Assembly (NCBI GenBank): GCA_002269645.1 | Contig: NIVC01000661.1 | Coordinates: forward strand, 1-64,000 | From: Macrostomum lignano | Taxonomy: Eukaryota | DNA length: 64,000 bases | Direction of reading: 5' to 3' | The notes under the pieces: model-generated | Databases searched by the model: none | Told to the model about the DNA's origin: nothing | The model's input: only the letters and a program-made list of their open reading frames with translations | Program-made: the position numbers and the translations under genes | Part shown: piece by piece, positions 48,398 to 61,000 of the stretch | How positions within the stretch are numbered: the stretch's first letter is position 1 | Layout: each line of letters opens with the position of its first letter

Positions 48398-49178
48398 ATG
48401 TTGGAGGGGAGGTTTGAGTCGAAACTAGCGGCTCAGTTACAGTTGCTGATTGGTGATGTCAGTCTGTGGGTCGCTTTCAAGTATAACCGAAAATTTAGCT
48501 TGTCGAAAGCAGAGAACTGTTCACATACTAAAAATTTCCCCTTATCTCCGGATTTCTCCCACACATCCCCGAAAATCCCTGTAACACTACAACTACCAAC
48601 TGGCATTTTTGCTGCGGAGCAACGCAGGCACACAAACTTCAAGAACACGAGCTAACTTTTGTTGCGCAACTTCTCTAACAGCCCTCCGGTCCGTCGAGAA
48701 ATTCAACACTTCTGCTCAAAGGTCGGATTTTCCCTTAAGCACCAGTGCCAATCAGCACTGCTCCTCAGTGCGGCCTTGCCAAGCCTCCAAATTACATCAG
48801 CATGTCGACTACGTGTGTCTGCATCAGCTCCGACTTCGTTGGTCACTGGCCTTCACCCAAGCGGAGCTTCTTGACATTCAACAGGTGGCACCAGGAGACT
48901 ATGGACACCCTATAGGCAAACCTAAAACTGCTAGGTGTCCTCAGCTAGTCTCTCTCAAGCAATCGGTTGTCATCCAACGGATTTTTCCAACTCAAAGCTA
49001 TAAACGCATTTTGCATCCAAACCGGTTAATCCCCATCCCACTGCAGGTGCCGCTGCTCCATCCAGCCAGACCACTGCGTCTCCGGGCGCCCAAACTAACC
49101 GGAGGAGGCATCAGCAGCTACAGCCTCGGCAGCGACCACTTGTCTCTGAGGCTGCCGGTCAACTGCACTTTCGCGGGT
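48398..49178 (+). other. Putative 5' coding exons of the CPED1 homologue (unverified)
   Basis: A phase-compatible chain is possible: ATG at about 48398 with a short hydrophobic segment, an exon at about 48740-48884, and an exon at about 49047-49178 ending in a canonical G|GTGAGT. No recognisable motif. Confidence 0.25.
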
Positions 49179-49574
49179 GAGTGAAACTTATTTAAAGTAC
49201 ACTAATGGCACAGACGAAGCCAAGTACCAAATCATTGCGGGACTCTTAATTTAAATGCGGCACTTAGACATGCATTTTGCCAGAGTGCATGCGTGTCTGT
49301 GCGCGTGCATAAGCATTTGCTCATACAGCCCGAGCTCCCTTGACTTCTTGTGCTGCACTTTTGCGACACAGCGGACTCCTCCTTCCTTATCCTTTTTCAG
49401 CTCCAGCACTGCTCTTCCTCAGAGCCTCTGCGTGATGGAGCAAGAAAAATAGCTGAATCCGGCCGGCGAAAAAACTGGGGGGCAATCCCTCCCTACCATT
49501 TCTCCCTGTGGCTCTCCGTCCCTATTTCTCCCTACGATGGTACTATGGAATGTGCTGCTTGCTTATCTCAGGGT

Positions 49575-50268
<694 letters not shown>

Positions 50269-52787
50269 TACTAAAGACGCTGAGATAAATACGCTACAGA
50301 ATAGACACAGAGACAGGTAAGTGAGCATGTGTACAGACAGATAGTTCCAACGAAGAATCGGACATCTCAGCTTTCAAAACCAGTTTGACCCGCTTGAGCA
50401 GGTGAAGTTTTTTCGAAACCCGAGAAGGACAAAGACGAGAAGTTGAGCATTAACTTTGCCAATAATAATCTTCACCGTCTGCAGCTTCCCCAAAGCCTTC
50501 AGCTCTCAATCGTGTCTTGACAAGGTCCCACCGAGGGTCCAACATGCATAATAAATAATATTTTGCCATTCTCGGGGTTGCCGCCAGGCCCCGCCCAGAC
50601 CAAGCGAGAGTCCCACTTGTCCGCGCGCGCGCTGGTGGAGAGGCGGCCAGCTCTCGCTCGCCTGCCCCGGAAAGTTGACACCAGAATTCCCATCCGGAGT
50701 TGGGAAGCTGGCTTGAATTCTCATCCCGCGGGCTCGAAGCGAGCCAGCTTCGACTCTTCAACAGGCTTGGATGGCCTTCGCCCTCTCTTCTTTCAACAAC
50801 AGCTCAGCGTCCAGAGCAGGGTCTCATGATGAGGCTAAGGGGATAGAGCGGCCCGAGCCGAAGGAGATGGGAGGTTGGACTCGGGGAGCTGACTCTGTCT
50901 GTCTGTCTGTCTCCCTACCATCTCGCTGGCCTTCCCTAGAGAGACAGGCAGAGACGAGAGCAGAAGACATGCGGTTTCGGAATCGCGGGGGGTTGGTTGC
51001 TGAAGGCTAAACTAGAAGGAAATAGAGGCTGGGCCGCAGGATGTTAGCGCGAGGCCGGCGCGCGTCCCGCGGTTTTTGGCGGAGCGGAGCTGGGAGGCCA
51101 ATGGGCCAAACAGGCGTAGCTGGCAAGCGGTGGGATGAGGGCCAGATGACACACGTCAGTGCATCTGTATCTGTGCCTCACTCACTCACACACACACGGA
51201 CAAGCGCTCAGCTCCCCCCTTCTCATTCGTCGCTCGGCTTTTTGTCCATCCAAGCCCGTGGGAAAGGCGACGTAAGCGACCGGGAAAAAAGCTGTCCCCA
51301 ACAGCGCCGCCACCAAGCAGGCGCGAGAGCAAATTTGATGGAGGCAAACGGGACGGCTGCGGGAGGAAGAGGAACTGCAACCATAGCTAAAAGGTGTTGC
51401 TTTTGCTAACCCGGGCGCAGCCGGGACTGATAGACAGAGAAATCGAATCAAACCCCTTGCACAAGTGTGAGCAGATGATGAATGCATTTCCCAGCAGCTT
51501 TGATGAAGGAGAATGACGCAGTAGCTCTGCGATCTATAATGCTAAAAGCGAGCCACGGGAAATGGAAGGCACGGCACGGGAGGGGAAGAGGGAAGGAAAG
51601 TGACAGGGAAAAGTGTCATAAATCCACTGGGTCGAGCGGAAGTCGCCTCCCATCCGCGTGTCAGCTTCTGTGAGCAAGAATAATGCGGAGGAAGTTGCAT
51701 CCGCGGCCGGCTCTGTTTGCTTTCAGTCAGAATTGCTGCTGTTGCTTCCGCAGAATCTACAGGTGACTGCAGCGGCTCTATGAATAGGATCGATGCGACA
51801 CATACTCGCAATAAAATTGACGACTTTGAAGAAATCATACTTTGATTCAAAGAGCTCTGAACTTTTTTTACAACTGCAGGGAGCTTTTAAAAGTTCACAA
51901 AAAGGAGTTGCTACTACCGGTGACCGTGGCAGAGGCACTTTGTTTACATCAATAGAATTCCACAACCACTCATATAAGCTGCTGGGCTCGCCAGCAAAGA
52001 TTCCCCATAATAGAATAGAAAATTCTTTCGTGGCCGTGGGACACAAACGGCGAACTCTTGGGAGTCCTGCTCAGAATAAAATAGGAAATGAGGGTGCGAG
52101 AAGAGAGGGAGAGAATGACAGAAAAACCCAGGCGACAGCAGTAGTGTGATGAGGAAGAGGGAGGGGAGACGCGACCACCCCTTCCCTGTCCGGGTGACTA
52201 AAAACCCCATTAAAAGCTGCGACACCCTTTGCTTGCGGGAACAGTGAAGAGATTTTGCTGCTGCTGCTGCTGCTGAGGGGGCGGGGACTCACGCTGAACT
52301 TGAGCACCCCCTGTGCAGCATCGGACTCTCTGTCTCTGCCTCTCGCTCCCTACTTGAGCAGCTTGCACCAGCCAAAATATATAGGCCAATGAACTCAAAG
52401 AGAGAGTAGTTTTCGAGTGGGCACGGCGGGGAGCACTCACAGTCGCGGAGAGAGGTGATCTCCCACACTCTTGTCAGCTCTGTGCGCTCCCGACTTCTAT
52501 TAGTTCTATACGTACTTCTTGTAAATTCCCAATTCTTACAATTGCCGAGGCTGTGGGCTTGCTGACACAAAGCTCATACGCTTCAAAAGCGTTTTTAGGA
52601 TTGCATCGTTTATTAGTTCCAATTCTCTAAGACAGAAATAAAGAGGTAGGTTGCTTAATGCACACTTTGAATGCGATAGTTTGAACAAAAACTAGGTCAA
52701 AGATCACTGTCCAGACTCTGTCTTTTTTTAAAGGCTTGGCGATAGCCAATCAGAATCAGTGATAAATTATAAGAGACAGCGCGCGAC

Positions 52788-53633
52788 TAGGGCAGAGATC
52801 TGAATGAACAGCCAATCAGATAATCGGGGAGAGAGACGCAATGAGCGACTGGGGCAGAGATCTGAATGAACAGCCAATCAGATAAGCGGGGAGAGAGACG
52901 CAATGAGCGACTGGGGCAGAGATCTGAATGAACAGCCAATCAGATAAGCGGGGAGAGAGACGCAATGAGCGACTGGGGCAGAGATCTGAATGAACAGCCA
53001 ATCAGATAACCGGGGAGAGAGACGCAATGAGCGACTGGGGCAGAGATCTGAATGAACAGCCAATCAGATAAGCGGGGAGAGAGACGCAATGAGCGACTGG
53101 GGCAGAGATCTGAATGAACAGCCAATCAGATAAGCGGGGAGAGAGACGCAATGAGCGACTGGGGCAGAGATCTGAATGAACAGCCAATCAGATAAGCGGG
53201 GAGAGAGACGCAATGAGCGACTGGGGCAGAGATCTGAATGAACAGCCAATCAGATAAGCGGGGAGAGAGACACAATGAGCGACTGGGGCAGAGATCTGAA
53301 TGAACAGCCAATCAGATAAGCGGGGAGAGAGACGCAATGAGCGACTGGGGCAGAGATCTGAATGAACAGCCAATCAGATAAGCGGGGAGAGAGACACAAT
53401 GAGCGACTGGGGCAGAGATCTGAATGAACAGCCAATCAGATAAGCGGGGAGAGAGACGCAATGAGCGACTGGGGCAGAGATCTGAATGAACAGCCAATCA
53501 GATAAGCGGGGAGAGAGACGCAATGAGCGACTGGGGCAGAGATCTGAATGAACAGCCAATCAGATAAGCGGGGAGAGAGACGCAATGAGCGACTGGGGCA
53601 GAGATCTGAATGAACAGCCAATCAGATAAGCGG
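52788..53633. repeat. 62-bp minisatellite, about 13.6 near-identical copies, each with AGCCAATCAG and AGATAA
   Basis: ORF starts recur every 62 bp. Confidence 0.95.
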
Positions 53634-54221
53634 AGAGCGAGGAACCTTCTCTATAAATTAATACATGAAATATATTGGTTGGTGATAGAGATTTTTTGCA
53701 GTTAGGAGACTGGCAGTCTTATCTTTTCGATTCTCATACAAACGGTTCAGAGTCAGAAAATGGCTTTTTAATGTCCCCAGAGTCCGAAAAAGTTCACCAA
53801 GTTGAAATGGTAAAACTGTGCTCTCTCAATCTGTTTTTTATGAGCTGCTCCAGCAAAATGCTCAAAATAGTTCTTTACATTATCCTCGCAAGGCTAGTTA
53901 TGATTTGGGATAAAAGTCCCTCATTCCCTATATCAACCTTCATTTTCTTCCCTAGTAAAAAAACGAAGCGACCAAGTCTGACCAGCGGGTCTAAGCGATA
54001 AAAAAGTATGCAACGTGAGCTATGTTGTGGGGCCCCCGGTGGTTTTTATTGCCTCCCAGGTCAGGCGCTCATGCGAGCCCGCAGTCCCCATACAGCAATG
54101 AAGAATGATGAAAGACCCCCCGTGCTGGCCTGTGCGTACATGTAATAATAATGGATGGCTCATAAAAACTGATTACCGATATCTCAGCTGCGATCTCTGC
54201 AACCCCGTAAATAAATTGCAG

Positions 54222-57200
54222 AGACAGGAGACTCCCCACCAGACGTTTACAACCTGCGGGCGCCGTTTCACATCCTGTACGTTCAGGTGAACTTTCTTCT
54301 GGTGGATGACAGCGCAATTGATTGTCGAATTAGTCACGGAGATGTCAGTTTGACTTCCAGGTGAGTTCAGCCTTTGGGAAGCTTGACACTAAACAGGTGT
54401 GATTTGGAGTGAACAGGTGTGATTTGGAGTGAACAGGTGTGATTTGGAGTGAACAGGTGTGATTTGGAGTGAACAGGTGTGATTAGGAATGAACAGGTGT
54501 GATTGAGAGAGAACAGGTGTGATTGAGAGTGAACAGGTGTGATTTGGAGTGAACAGGTGTGATTTGGAGTGAACAGGTGTGATTTGGAGTGAACAGGTGT
54601 GATTTGGAGTGAACAGGTGTGATTAGGAATGAACAGGTGTGATTGAGAGAGAACAGGTGTGGTTGAGAGAGAACAGGTGTGATTGAGAGAGAATAGGTGT
54701 GATTTGGAGTGAACAGGTGTGATTGAGAGAGAACAGGTGTGATTGGGAGTGAACAGGTGTGATTGAGAGTGAACAGGTGTGGTAGGGAGTGAACAGGTGT
54801 GATTGAGAGAGAACAGGTGTGATTGGGAGTGAACAGGTGTGGTAGGGAGTGAACAGGTGTGATTGAGAGAGAACAGGTGTGGTTGAGAGAGAATAGGTGT
54901 GATTAGGAGTGAACAGGTGTGATTGAGAGAGAATAGGTGTGATTAGGAGTGAACAGGTGTGATTGAGAGAGAACAGGTGTGATTGAGAGTGAACAGGTGT
55001 GGTTGAGAGTGAACAGGTGTGATTGAGAGTGAACAGGTGTGATTTGGAGTGAACAGGTGTGATTTGGAGTGAACAGGTGTGATTGAGAGAGAACATGTGT
55101 GATTGAGAGAGAACATGTGTGATTAGGAGTGAACAGGTGTGATTTGGAGTGAACAGGTGTGATTTGGAGTGAACAGGTGTGATTTGGAGTGAACAGGTGT
55201 GATTGAGAGAGAACATGTGTGATTGAGAGAGAACAGGTGTGATTTGGAGTGAACAGGTGTGATTTGGAGTGAACAGGTGTGATTTGGAGTGAACAGGTGT
55301 GATTTGGAGTGAACAGGTGTGATTGAGAGAGAACATGTGTGATTGAGAGAGAACATGTGTGATTGAGAGAGAACATGTGTGATTAGGAGTGAACAGGTGT
55401 GATTTGGAGTGAACAGGTGTGATTTGGAGTGAACAGGTGTGATTTGGAGTGAACAGGTGTGATTAGGAGTGAACAGGTGTGATTGGGAGTGAACATGTGT
55501 GATTGGGAGTGAACATGTGTGATTGAGAGTGAACAAGGTGTGGTAGGGAGTGAACAGGTGTGATTGAAGTGAACAGGTGCTACAGGTAGTCCAAAATACA
55601 GTATCTGTTTCAAAGCAGAATCTGCAAAAATCCGAATCCCAATCCCAGAGTGGCGAATTTCTCCCTGGGCCTCGGGCCGAACTCGCTGACCTTCCTGACG
55701 GAGCCGGGCCGCCAGGGGCCGCCAAGGCGAATTCAGCTGCACATTCGAAGACTGAAGCGGCCCCAGTTGAAGTCCGTGAAGTCGCACGGCCAAGCGGCCG
55801 AACTTCGAGTCTGCCAGCTGGTTCAGGTGAGTTTCGGAGTTTTTTGGGGAGTTTCGGAGTTTTTTGGGGAGTTTCGGAGTTTTTGGGGGAGTTTCGGAGT
55901 TTTTGGGGGAGTTTCGGAGTTTTGGGGGAGTTTCGGAGTTTTAGGGGAGTTTTGGAGTTTTTTGGGGAGTTTCGGAGTTTTTGGGGGAGTTTCGGAGTTT
56001 TTGGGGAGTTTCGGAGTTTTTGGGGGAGTTTCGGAGTTTTTTGGGGGGGTTTCGGAGTTTTGGGGGAGTTTCGGAGTTTTTGGGGGAGTTTCGGAGTTTT
56101 TGGGGAGTTTCGGAGTTTTGGGGGAGTTTCGGAGTTTTTGGGGGAGTTTCGGAGTTTTTTGGGGGAGTTTCGGAGTTTTTTGGGGGAGTTTCTGAGTTCT
56201 TCGGGGGAGTTTTGGAGTTTTTGAAAAATCAAGCGGAAACAGTGTTGGAAAACTTTTCTAATTTAAAAACCTCAATAGGAGAATCCTTCAACAGGGTAAG
56301 TTTACTTTAAGAAAAACATTGAGATTCTGTTTGACTTGAAACTGCATGGCATTGCGAACGTCAGCCTCTTTAATGGGAGATTTATCTCAGCTGGTCTCGG
56401 GATTCAGGTTAGAAAATCCCCACTTCACAGCGAGAAGCACCTCGGGTTCCACGCCTCGCTTCAACCCTGCATGCACAGGCGGGTCTCCCATTAAAATGCC
56501 CGGGAATGATGGAGCTGGCTGGGCTGGGGTGGGGCAGAGAACACGCTCGATGAAGGATGAGGGGATAAAGAATGGCCCAGCATCGCATGCTAATCAGTGC
56601 GCTATCGCTCGATTGTTAGAAGAAGAATTGAGAGCTCAAGTCGCAAATTAGCCAGGATTGCGTCTTGGTGGAGCTCAGAGCCCTCCTCACCCCCCCCGCC
56701 TTGGATTCCCTTTTGTCATTCAAGTACGATATGGAATGCAGAGCTGCTGAGGGGTGCGCTTGAGAAGATGGATGGAGAAGAAACCTGATACCCATCCAGC
56801 CTCAACTAAGGAGCCTTGTTAGCTGTCAGGCCGATGAGGCTCTTCCGGGCGCTCCGCTGACTCTGGACTCTCTTCTCTTCGCTTCTTTCTTCTTTTGTTG
56901 CACAATGAAAAATGGCCTCTCAGTCTGTCAAAGTGGATCCGCCTCGACCGCTTCAAGGACTGCGACTTCGTACACTCCGGCGGCGAGTCGTGCGGACTGG
57001 CGCCGGTTCCCGCTGACGCAGCCGGCGCCAACTTGACCTGGGCGACGTGGCTGCGCGCGCGTCGGGACCGACTGCCCCAGTGCGGGCTGGGCGACTTGGC
57101 TGAAGGTGAGGCTCTTTGTTTGCTTGTTAGTTTTTGTTTTCTTGGTCTTTGTCTGCGTGGTCTTTGTTTGTGTGGTCTTCGTCTGCTTGGTCTTCGTCTG

Positions 57201-57959
57201 CTTGGTCTTTGTCTGCTTGGTCCTTGTTTGCGTAGTGTTTGTTTGCTTGGTCTTTGTCTGCTTGGTCTTTGTTTGCTTGGTGCTTGGTTGCTTGGTCTTT
57301 GTTGTCTTGGTGTTTGCTTTCTTGGTCTTTGTTTGCATGGCCTTTGTCTGCTTGGCCTTTGTTTGCTGGGTCTGTTCGGTCTAAATTAAAGCATGGCCTA
57401 TTTTTAGTTTTAAAACAGAAGACAAAAAAGTCAAGCCAGGGAAAATGGAGAATCCGCTTTTATATAAAAAATAAAAAGCCCCAAAAGCATCCCACAATGA
57501 GGCTGCAGATGATGCATATAAAAAAGTAATTGTTCGTCCCCACGTGCTGGCTTGCCCGCGGGTTTGCCCCGAATGCAAAATATTGCTGGGCAGGAAATCG
57601 CCTATTTCTGGGCAGTGGGCCGCTGATGGAGCGATTTGGAATGAGTCCCGCCAGCTGAGCTGGTGGTTCATTTTCTATGAGCTCTGCACTGTTAGCGCGG
57701 GAGTGGAGCTCAAGAGTGAGAAGTGAGCGGTGCGGGAGAAGCGGGGGAGGCGATTAGAGATGCTGAGATACCGCTGGCTGAGTCCGCTGGGCCTCTCGAT
57801 TCCAGGCGGACGAATCTGGCCTGTTTTTTTGGCGCTGAGAGCTGCGACTGCGGACTCAAAGCCGGATGACACTTCAGAATGCTGGGCTCTGAGTGCTGAG
57901 ACTGGGGACTTCCTGCATCTGTCTGTCTGTCTGTCTGTCTGTCTTAGTGTCTGTCTTAG

Positions 57960-58035
<76 letters not shown>

Positions 58036-61000
58036 AGCAAGGTGACTCTCACCCCCGCCCCACTTTCGCCACTCAGGTGCCAGGTGGTTCATTCCCTGCG
58101 GCAGCTGTGGCGCCCCGGAGTTGTGCGCTTGGCCCCTCGCGCGCTGGTGGCACCCGGGCTGCCTGGCCGAGTTCCCGGCCACCGACTGGATGCGGAAGCG
58201 ACTCGATGGAGTTCGGGTCAGTTCGAGTCCGAGCGCGCGATTTACCTGGCTATGAAACTGTCAGGGAGCTTGTCATTGGAGAACAGGGCTTAGAGTCAGA
58301 TGTTTTGGGTCAGCTGCTAAAGGATTAGGGGTCAGGAAGTCCGGGTTCATTACAGGAGTGTCAGTATGTCAGGAGTGTCAGTATGTCAGGAGTGTCAGTA
58401 TGTCAGGAGTGTCAGTATGTCAGGAGTGTCAGTATGTCAGTAGTGTCAGTATGTCAGGAGTGTCAGTATGTCAGGAGTGTCAGTATGTAAGTAGTGTCAG
58501 TATGTCAGTAGTGTCAGTATGTCAGGAGTGTCAGTATGTCAGTAGTGTCAGTATGTCAGTAGTGTCAGTATGTCAGGAGTGTCAGTATGTCAGGAGTGTC
58601 AGTATGTCAGGAGTGTCAGTATGTAAGTAGTGTCAGTATGTCAGGAGTTTCAGTATGTCAGGAGTGTCAGTATGTCAGGACTGTCAGTATGTCAGTAGTG
58701 TCAGTATGTCAGGAGTGTCAGTATGTCAGGAGTGTCCCCAAGATTTGACCTTAAAGACATCAAAGATCGAATTCAGTTGAGTTATGAAGTTTGAGCTGCT
58801 CTGTCAGAGTACAGAATCAGTGTAAGCAACTCTCGGCGCGGTGGTTTTGCAGAAGCAGCAACATCGTAAACTACAAGAAATGCCGAGTTTATTGCTCAGG
58901 AATTCCCCTGGTCCACTGGCGAACCCAATAAATTTCCTTCATGTAATTCTCCCAGCTAATGGGATCTGGAAAGCATATTTTCCTTTCCCAATGTCAGGTC
59001 GTCTTCCTCGGAGACTCAACTTTGCGCGGTCTGATGTTCTCGCTGTTCCACATCGCCAACGGCAGTTTGCACCGCTGGGAGAAATCCCACGACACCCTGA
59101 CGCTGATGGACAGGGATGGCCGCAGTCGAATGGACTTCTCGTATTATCCCCAGTTTTGGTTGCCAGGCAGTAGGGCGACCGGCTTTCGCGAAACTCTGAG
59201 ACGGATTCTGCTCATGTGAGCTGTGCTCAGTCACTGCCTGTTGTTTGGGGAGTTTTGATGCAGTTCGGGCGTGGGATGTTTGATGGTAGTTTGGGTGTGG
59301 GATAGTTTGGGTGTGGGATAATTTGGGTGTGGGATAATTCGGGTGTGGGATAATTCGGTGTGGGATAATTCGGGTGTGGGATAATTCGGGTGTGGGAGAA
59401 TTCGGGTATGGGATAATTCGGGTGTGGGATAATTCGGGTGTGGGAGAATTCGGGTATGGGATAATTCGGGTGTGGGATAATTCGGGTGTGGGATAATTCG
59501 GGTGTGGGATAATTCGGGTGTGGGATAATTCGGGTGTGGGAGAATTCGGGTATGGGATAATTCGGGTGTGGGATAATTCGGGTGTGGGATAATTCGGTGT
59601 GGGATAATTCGGGTGTGGGATAATTCGGTGTGGGATAATTCGGGTGTGGGATAATTCGGGTGTGGGATAATTCGGGTGTGGGATAATTCGGTGTGGGATA
59701 ATTCGGGTGTGGGATAATTCGGTGTGGGATAATTCGGGTGTGGGATAATTCGGGTGTGGGATAATTCGGGTGTGGGATAATTCGGTGTGGGATAACTCGG
59801 GTGTGGGATAATTCGGTGTGGGATAATTCGGGTGTGGGATAATTCGGTGTGGGATAACTCGGGTGTGGGATAATCCAGGTGTCGGGAAAATTTCCGTAGT
59901 TTTAATTTCGTGTTTCAGAAACCGTGTCTTTGATGAACACATCAATTGTTAGTGTGACTTTTTCCCCATTCAGTTCCCAGAACGGAACGCAGGTCGAGCC
60001 GGCAGCCGCCTTCAACAGAACCGTCATTGTCATCGGAGGCGCCCAGTGGCTGACAGGCGCTGAGCTGCTGCAGACTCGGGAGTTGCTGGGCAGGTGAGGC
60101 TGGGTTGACTCCTGCCAGTCAGTCAGATGAAATCTGCGAAATATTCTACACATCTGTCCGTTGTGAAAAGTATTTAGAATAAGACAGTTGCAAAAATTGC
60201 GATTTTTACATGGCTCTGATTGACGGCTTCATCCGCAACCCGAGGCTCTGGTAGCTTAAAGCATAAAAATTTCCTCACAAAACCTTCTGCCCCTGTGCCC
60301 TTACCCTTCAGCTCTCTCACGTATCCTTCTCCCCTCTCTCCTTCTCCCCTCTCTCCTTCTCCCCTCTCTCCTTCTCCCCTCTCTCCTACTCCCCTCTCTC
60401 CTTCTCCCCTCTCTCTTCCTCTCTCCTTCTCCCCTTCTCCCTTCTCTCCCTCTCTCCTACTCCCTTCTCTCCTTCTCCCCTCTCTCCTCCCCTCTCTCCT
60501 TCGCCCCTCTCTCCTACTCCCCTCTCTCCTTCTCCCCTCTCTCCTTCTCCCCTCTCTCCTTCTCTCTTCTCTCCTCCCCTCTCTCCTTCTCCCCTCTCTC
60601 CTTCTCCCCTCTCTCCTTCTCCCCTCTCTCCTTCTCTCTTCTCTCCTCCCCTCTCTCCTTCTCCCCTCTCTCCTTCTCCCCTCTCTCCTTCTCTCTTCTC
60701 TCCTCCCCTCTCTCCTTCTCCCCTCTCTCCTTCTCCCCTCTCTCCTTCTCTCTTCTCTCCTCCCCTCTCTCCTTCTCCCCTCTCTCCTTCTCCCCTCTCT
60801 CCTTCTCCCCTCTCTCCTACTCCCCTCTCTCCTTCTCCCCTCTCTCCTTCTCCCCTCTCTCCTTCTCCCCTCTCTCCTTCTCCCCTTTCTCCTTCTCCCC
60901 TCTCTCCTTCTCCCCTCTCTCCTACTCCCCTCTCTCCTACTCCCCTCTCTCCTTCTCCCCTTTCTCCTTCTCCCCTCTCTCCTTCTCCCCTCTCTCCTTC

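Noticed and set aside
52289-52570. CECSPPCPLENY as a DEG/ENaC channel fragment
   Set aside because: The motif is too short, a donor site precedes it, and no other channel exons were found.
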